This document shows, piece by piece, positions 59,332-64,000 of a DNA stretch of 64,000 nucleotides; position 1 is the stretch's first letter, and each line of letters begins with the position of its first letter. The position numbers were made by a program, and so were the translations under genes. This stretch comes from a virus: IMG/VR virus record IMGVR_UViG_3300025592_000986. The stretch is one strand, 5' to 3'. The notes below the pieces were generated by a model. The model worked only from the letters and a program-made list of their open reading frames with translations. It did no database searches and was not told where the DNA came from.

Positions 59332-60184
59332 CTGAAACTGCCCTTCCTTTTAATTTTTCCCAGTCTTTCTCTGGTCTTACATTTAAATTTGTTTTCCAAG
59401 CCCCCTTGAGGACGTTCATATTTATTCCGATTGAGTCTGCGTAAGTCATAAATGCATTAATATCTTTTGGAAAGCAGGAACCGCCAAACCCTCTACGCCC
59501 GTCGGGCCCAGGTACTTGTAAATGGGAGTCCCCAACGCGGCCGTCAGATACAAAACCTTCAACTGCCTTGTCCCAGTCGACATCTAACAGTTTATCAGCT
59601 ACTAACTTCATCTCGTTCATAAAAGAAACCTTGACAGCAAAAAAGAGATTGTTGAAATACTTTATCATCTCGGCTGTCTCGTACGTTGTTTCAATAAAAT
59701 AATTTGAACTAAACCTAGTTTCATAAAGCTCTTTCACTTTTGCAGAGCCTTGTCCGGCGGTTGAACCAAGAATAATTCTGCTCTGGTTGAGAAAGTCGAA
59801 CCTAGCGTGGCGTTCAGTCAAAAACTCTGGGTTGAAAACAACATTGATGTCTGGGTATTTTTCTGTCAGCCTGCGGGTTGTACCCGGTGTAACTGTGGAC
59901 TTGAGCACAAATACTGTTTGGCTCTCTGGGTGCTTCAGTCTTTTTATATCGTCGAATACACTCTCAACAATAGACAAGTCTATCAAGCCATCACTTGTCA
60001 TCGGAGTTGGGACGCAGACGAACACCACATCAGAATCATTAACCACCCCTGCAAGGCCTTGCGTAAAGCCGTCACCTGAGCACTTGTCTGGATCTTTGTC
60101 GTAGACTTTGACCTCCATAAACGGAATAAATGCGTGTGCGATCGCATTCCCAACAAAGCCGTTCCCAATAATACCTAACTTCAT
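59324..60184 (-). CDS. UDP-glucose/GDP-mannose dehydrogenase family (short form)
   Basis: GIIGNGFVG, FVCVPTP, KSTVTPGTT, NPEFL, AEMIKY, GFGGSCFPKD. Confidence 0.92.
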   Translation of the reverse strand: MKLGIIGNGFVGNAIAHAFIPFMEVKVYDKDPDKCSGDGFTQGLAGVVNDSDVVFVCVPTPMTSDGLIDLSIVESVFDDIKRLKHPESQTVFVLKSTVTPGTTRRLTEKYPDINVVFNPEFLTERHARFDFLNQSRIILGSTAGQGSAKVKELYETRFSSNYFIETTYETAEMIKYFNNLFFAVKVSFMNEMKLVADKLLDVDWDKAVEGFVSDGRVGDSHLQVPGPDGRRGFGGSCFPKDINAFMTYADSIGINMNVLKGAWKTNLNVRPEKDWEKLKGRAVSDG

Positions 60185-60211
60185 ACCTCTAACCCTTCTT
60201 TGACATTTAAA

Positions 60212-61084
60212 CTATTTTGTCAAATCTTCTTTTAATCTCTCAAAAACATTTTTAAGTCCACTCTTGAGTGAGACCTTCGGGACCCACCCTAGAGCTTTAA
60301 ACTTCCCTAGATCTGCCTCGGTATACATAACATCGCCTTCTCTTGGTTCGACAAAATTAAATTTAACCTCTGGAAAATATTCCTTAACAACGTCTGCCAG
60401 TTCTAGTAAACTTATGTTGTCACCAGAACCAATATCATACCACGTACCCCACAGTTTTTTATCACTTATATTCTCGGCACAAAAGATGTTTGCAGAAACG
60501 ATGTCATCAACGTGTGTCATGTCCCTCCTCTGCTTTCCGTCACCAGTGATGAATGGGATTTTACCTTCAGTTATAAACTTTTTCCAATTACAGACCACAG
60601 TAGCATACTCACTATTGGCCTCTTGGTCGTAAGAATAAACATTGAAATACCTAAGAGCGACAGTCTTTAAACCATAAAGCTTGTTGTAGAGCAGGGTTTC
60701 CATCTCACCAACATATTTAGAAAGGGCATATGGGCTTGCAGGGCCATCACCATTCCCTATAACGGACGATGAACTACTGTATATTACTGGTATGTCTTTC
60801 TTTTTTGCCCAATCCAATATAACAGTTGTAGAGTTTACATTGTTTTCCATAACTAGACGGGGAAACTCTACACTAAAAGCCACCCTAGGTATTGCGGCGA
60901 AATGCACTACGACATCTATCGCGTTTGCCTCGTGCCCAACGTGGATACCCTTTATACCGCTACAAATGTCAAATGCGTGATTATTCTTGTAATCGTATCC
61001 GACCCAGGTGTGACCAAGCTCTTCCCACTTTTTAACAAAGTTTCCACCAATATAGCCGAGGTGTCCCGTGACTAGTGCTCTCAT
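60212..61084 (-). CDS. NAD-dependent nucleotide-sugar epimerase/dehydratase
   Basis: VTGHLGYIG, HFAA, SSSSV, YALSK, LRYFNVY, GDGKQRRD. Confidence 0.92.
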   Translation of the reverse strand: MRALVTGHLGYIGGNFVKKWEELGHTWVGYDYKNNHAFDICSGIKGIHVGHEANAIDVVVHFAAIPRVAFSVEFPRLVMENNVNSTTVILDWAKKKDIPVIYSSSSSVIGNGDGPASPYALSKYVGEMETLLYNKLYGLKTVALRYFNVYSYDQEANSEYATVVCNWKKFITEGKIPFITGDGKQRRDMTHVDDIVSANIFCAENISDKKLWGTWYDIGSGDNISLLELADVVKEYFPEVKFNFVEPREGDVMYTEADLGKFKALGWVPKVSLKSGLKNVFERLKEDLTK

Positions 61085-61767
61085 AGATATCCCAATTCCT
61101 TTAGATATTTTTCAAAAACTGGTAATTCTTCAGGTGTACAGATAGATTTGTAGGCTTCCGAATCTTTGCCAATAGCTTTGTCGCTGACTTTTCTTTTGCC
61201 GTACTTCTTTTCGTTACCCAAACCCGCCCGAGCCAGAACCGAAACATTCCAGTCAAAAACCCAATCCTCTACATAATCAGGATATTCCGAAAAGGAGCTT
61301 TTAGATTTCAATCCAAACTTGGCCTCTATTTTTTTCTGCACCTGGTTAGGTGTTCTAACCAGGTCTTCGTAGGAAATTTCCAAATCTACAAGGTTGCCAA
61401 ACAAAACTTTATCCCTTTGCTCGATGCAGCTAATCCACCTTTCCGGCTTTACATAGTTACCATCTGACAAGATAACATCTCGACCGTCGCGAACAACGTT
61501 GATTATGCTGATATTGTCTTTAAGAACCTTGGCTGCTTGATATTGAGCGGATTTGTGGTAAGTCGTACTGAGAAATGCTGGTGGGTGTCTCTTTCCTATA
61601 ACGAAGTCTTGGTTGCTTTTGTATTCTAGAAACTCTTCAAAGCTTAGCTCGTGGCCATCAAAACCTTCTTTGTAAACGACCTCAGTGTCCCTGAAGGCGT
61701 AACACATCCTTAATAACAGTGTGGTGCCCGACTTTGCGCAACCTGTGATAAAAATCTTTTTACTCAT
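61081..61767 (-). CDS. PAPS-dependent sulfotransferase
   Basis: IFITGCAKSGTTLL (5'-PSB), VRDGRDVILS (3'-PB), ISYEDLV..P. Confidence 0.8.
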   Translation of the reverse strand: MSKKIFITGCAKSGTTLLLRMCYAFRDTEVVYKEGFDGHELSFEEFLEYKSNQDFVIGKRHPPAFLSTTYHKSAQYQAAKVLKDNISIINVVRDGRDVILSDGNYVKPERWISCIEQRDKVLFGNLVDLEISYEDLVRTPNQVQKKIEAKFGLKSKSSFSEYPDYVEDWVFDWNVSVLARAGLGNEKKYGKRKVSDKAIGKDSEAYKSICTPEELPVFEKYLKELGYL

Positions 61768-62384
61768 TATATCTCCCAAGTCTTGTACTCTGGTTCTTTT
61801 GTTTTGTTTGAGTCGTGCATTCTATACCTATAAAATGGAATCCTCAAGTGGTGGATTTTGTATTCTTCTCCCAGTCTTTTCCTCAGTTCCTCTTCTTCTC
61901 TATGTCTCATTTTACCATTGTAGCCGCCAGAGGACAAAAAAAGATCAGTTCTGTACATTATACCACAAGAGATGTTGTTTTTTTCTGCATATTTCCTGTC
62001 GATCGTATCTTCAAAATTGTTGACTATCAGGTAGTCGGAAGAGACGCAAAAAGCGTCATGATTAGCCTCAAGATATTTAGACATTATAAAAGACATATCT
62101 TTATTTATGTAATCATCCGCATCTACACGAAAGAAGAATTGGCCACGAGCCTTTGAAATTCCTAAATTTGCTGCTGTGGCAACTCCAGAATTCGTGTTTG
62201 TCTTGAATGTCTTTATCTGATCTCCGAAGGGTTCTATCTTTGAGAGACTGTCATCAGTACTGCAATCATCAACCAATATAACCTCAGTGCCGGTGCCGTG
62301 TTGATCTAGACAACTCCTTAGACATCTTGGTAAATATTTTCCATAATTGTAATTTGTAACGATGATCGAAACCTTTGGACTCAT
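61767..62384 (-). CDS. Glycosyltransferase family 2
   Basis: VSIIVTNYN, EVILVDDCSTD, NSGVATAANLG, VDADD, YRMH. Confidence 0.92.
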   Translation of the reverse strand: MSPKVSIIVTNYNYGKYLPRCLRSCLDQHGTGTEVILVDDCSTDDSLSKIEPFGDQIKTFKTNTNSGVATAANLGISKARGQFFFRVDADDYINKDMSFIMSKYLEANHDAFCVSSDYLIVNNFEDTIDRKYAEKNNISCGIMYRTDLFLSSGGYNGKMRHREEEELRKRLGEEYKIHHLRIPFYRYRMHDSNKTKEPEYKTWEI

Positions 62385-63088
62385 ACCGCCTCCATAATAT
62401 CAAATTGTCTGATCAAATCTTTAAATTGTTTTAGAGACTCGTAGTCGAAAGACCCAAGGTGACCTTTTTCTCTATTTGACTGTGAAAAAATACTGCTTGT
62501 GTAGTGCTTCTCTAATATCTTTGCGCCGTTCAAGTAGGCCTTGAGTGCAGGCACTATTCCGATCGCGTGGTCACTGTAGCCGTGGTATCCACTCTCAGAA
62601 AACCTGCTTGGCATAATCTTCAACAGAGGGTCATCTAAATAAGTAGGATATTTAGAAACGCAGAACAAGTACCTTATGTTCTCCGAAAACCCAAATGGAA
62701 ATTCGTTAAGGGCGCAGGCACCTGTAGAAATAATCGTTGGTATGTCTAAACCAAGTATGGATTCACACAGAGACCTGTCTTCTCTGACTGTTCTGCTAGC
62801 TATCTTCATCCTTTTGATTCCGGCATCGAGTATCCACTTCAGTCTTTCTGAATCGAAAGGGGTCGCCATCAGTTCAATTGAGTGTTGGTCACAGAACTCT
62901 GTAAGTTCAAAAAACTGTGTTTTAGTCACATCTCGATATTTCTTGTCTTTTGTTCCGAAGTGTTTTTCGGAGTCTATCAATTGCACTTTCACGACGTCAG
63001 CACCCGAAATAGAAGCATTCAATGCCATTCGTTTTAGTTCAGACAAAGAACCATGGTGCTGATTGCATAAATCGACTATTATTTCCAA
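62381..63088 (-). CDS. neuB: N-acetylneuraminate/nonulosonate synthase family (no C-terminal SAF domain)
   Basis: NQHHGS, GADVVKVQ, ATPFD, KIAS, IISTG, CVSKYP, GYSDH, LEKHYT; TTG start with AAGGAG SD. Confidence 0.85.
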   Translation of the reverse strand: MEIIVDLCNQHHGSLSELKRMALNASISGADVVKVQLIDSEKHFGTKDKKYRDVTKTQFFELTEFCDQHSIELMATPFDSERLKWILDAGIKRMKIASRTVREDRSLCESILGLDIPTIISTGACALNEFPFGFSENIRYLFCVSKYPTYLDDPLLKIMPSRFSESGYHGYSDHAIGIVPALKAYLNGAKILEKHYTSSIFSQSNREKGHLGSFDYESLKQFKDLIRQFDIMEAV

Positions 63089-63113
63089 TTAAGTACTCCT
63101 TGTTATTAGTAAT

Positions 63114-63142
63114 ATTATACAGACCATCTTTTGATAACTCAG
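63114..63142 (-). promoter_or_regulatory. Possible sigma70-type promoter upstream of neuB (TATAAT -10, weak -35 CTGAGT)
   Basis: ctgagt-N17-tataat in the intergenic gap. Confidence 0.3.
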
Positions 63143-63194
63143 ACTCAACTTGACAAGAGCCGCATTATAAAACAGTTTTACTGGAATGTTCATA

Positions 63195-63860
63195 CTACCA
63201 CCAATACAAGCTTATGTTTTCGTTTTTATAACTTTCTAACACGTTAGCTTTTAGTTGGCGAAAAACGTTACTAGGCATTTTTCTCGAATGATCCTCGAAA
63301 TATATTGATTTAACGTTCTTATACGCGCCAGATTCATATAATCTTTGTAATATCTCATATTCCGCGCCCTCTACGTCCATTTTCAACACGTCTATGGGCT
63401 TGTCGATGGTGGCAATAAGCTCGGAAACATCCAGGCAGGTCACTTCCACGTTTAAACTCAAATCTGTTATATTGGTTTTTTCAGACATGAGTGTAGCTCC
63501 GCCGTTAAGCGCTGAAGCTGCCCTCTTGAAATAGAAAGTCTTTTTCTCGTTAGTTTTCCATATCGCAGAATTAGACAATACAATATTGTCGTTATCTGCA
63601 TAATTCTTCTCAAGCATAGAAAAGAACAGTGGGTGGGGTTCAAAAGCATACACCTTGCAGCCAACGGGCGACAAAACCCTCTCTACTTCGCCGTAGTTGG
63701 CCCCAATATCAAGAACGATCGAATCTGAGTTTAGGGACTCTATTTCTATCAACTCTTTAGTCTGCATTGCAGTCTTTTCTCGATCCGAATATTTGTCTGA
63801 TAAAACTTCTTCAGAAAATCTAAACTTTAAAAAATTAATCCCATCTAGGCCGTGCTTCAT
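63195..63860 (-). CDS. FkbM-family methyltransferase
   Basis: VLDIGANYG, YAFEP, LKMDVEGAEYEIL. Confidence 0.92.
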   Translation of the reverse strand: MKHGLDGINFLKFRFSEEVLSDKYSDREKTAMQTKELIEIESLNSDSIVLDIGANYGEVERVLSPVGCKVYAFEPHPLFFSMLEKNYADNDNIVLSNSAIWKTNEKKTFYFKRAASALNGGATLMSEKTNITDLSLNVEVTCLDVSELIATIDKPIDVLKMDVEGAEYEILQRLYESGAYKNVKSIYFEDHSRKMPSNVFRQLKANVLESYKNENISLYWW

Positions 63861-64000
63861 CTCTGGGTTCTCCCTTCTATTAGTTTTATGTCGTCGATGG
63901 TGTGTATATCGTGCACATCACAAACAAAGACACCGGTCTTTGTACTCAACTCTTTCTGGTTTACATACCAGGGCCTCATAATCCTAAAAGCAGCGTTCAT
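63857..64000 (-). CDS. C-terminus of an acylneuraminate cytidylyltransferase-like protein (5' part outside window)
   Basis: Manual translation ..MNAAFRIMRPWYV...HDIHTIDDIKLIE*, resembling the NeuA NG(A)xY and DIDTxxD motifs; ATGA overlap with FkbM. Confidence 0.5.
   Translation of the reverse strand: MNAAFRIMRPWYVNQKELSTKTGVFVCDVHDIHTIDDIKLIEGRTQR

Noticed and set aside
63150-63172. Plus-strand TTGACA...TATAAA promoter
   Set aside because: Spacing is only about 10 nt and there is no credible plus-strand gene downstream
150-63981. Numerous plus-strand ORFs and short nested minus-strand ORFs in the track
   Set aside because: They lie opposite or within well-supported minus-strand genes, lack recognisable motifs and look like shadow ORFs
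1-64000. tRNA/rRNA genes, introns, inteins, IS elements, integrase
   Set aside because: Intergenic gaps are very short and I recognised no such motifs; TerL and primase have normal lengths. A tRNAscan/Infernal run would be needed to exclude RNAs formally

Overview
A 64-kb segment of a large, T4-related tailed dsDNA phage genome, probably a jumbo myovirus from an aquatic environment. Essentially all genes are on the minus strand and tightly packed; the plus-strand ORFs are shadows. In transcription order (right to left) it contains: (1) a glycan/sulfation cluster (partial NeuA-like, FkbM methyltransferase, NeuB-like, GT2, sulfotransferase, NAD-dependent epimerase, UDP-sugar dehydrogenase, small HxGH nucleotidyltransferase, CysC); (2) an FmdB-like protein and a gp55-like sigma factor; (3) a long baseplate/tail module (M15-peptidase protein, spike-like protein, 2122-aa protein with a PG-binding-like N-terminus, gp25, gp6, DNRLRE-like protein, a 4311-aa LamG/FG-GAP giant protein and paralogous structural proteins); (4) a J-domain protein, RuvC-like resolvase, primase and fused SbcD-SbcC (gp47-gp46); (5) a holin/spanin-like cassette; (6) the head module (TerL, portal, prohead protease, phage ribosomal protein bS21, tandem paralogs, scaffold, major capsid protein truncated by the window edge). 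Most interesting observations: strong enrichment of [S/T]-G-S and related tripeptides in several virion proteins next to a self-contained glycosylation/sulfation cluster (candidate virion O-glycosylation/sulfation system); a possible minimal ATP sulfurylase; an unannotated CC-containing 21-aa ORF separated from the prohead protease frame by a single amber codon plus a hairpin; a RuvC gene that appears to need a non-AUG start; and a late-promoter-like motif resembling the reverse complement of the T4 late promoter. All assignments come from manual motif reading; no searches were run.
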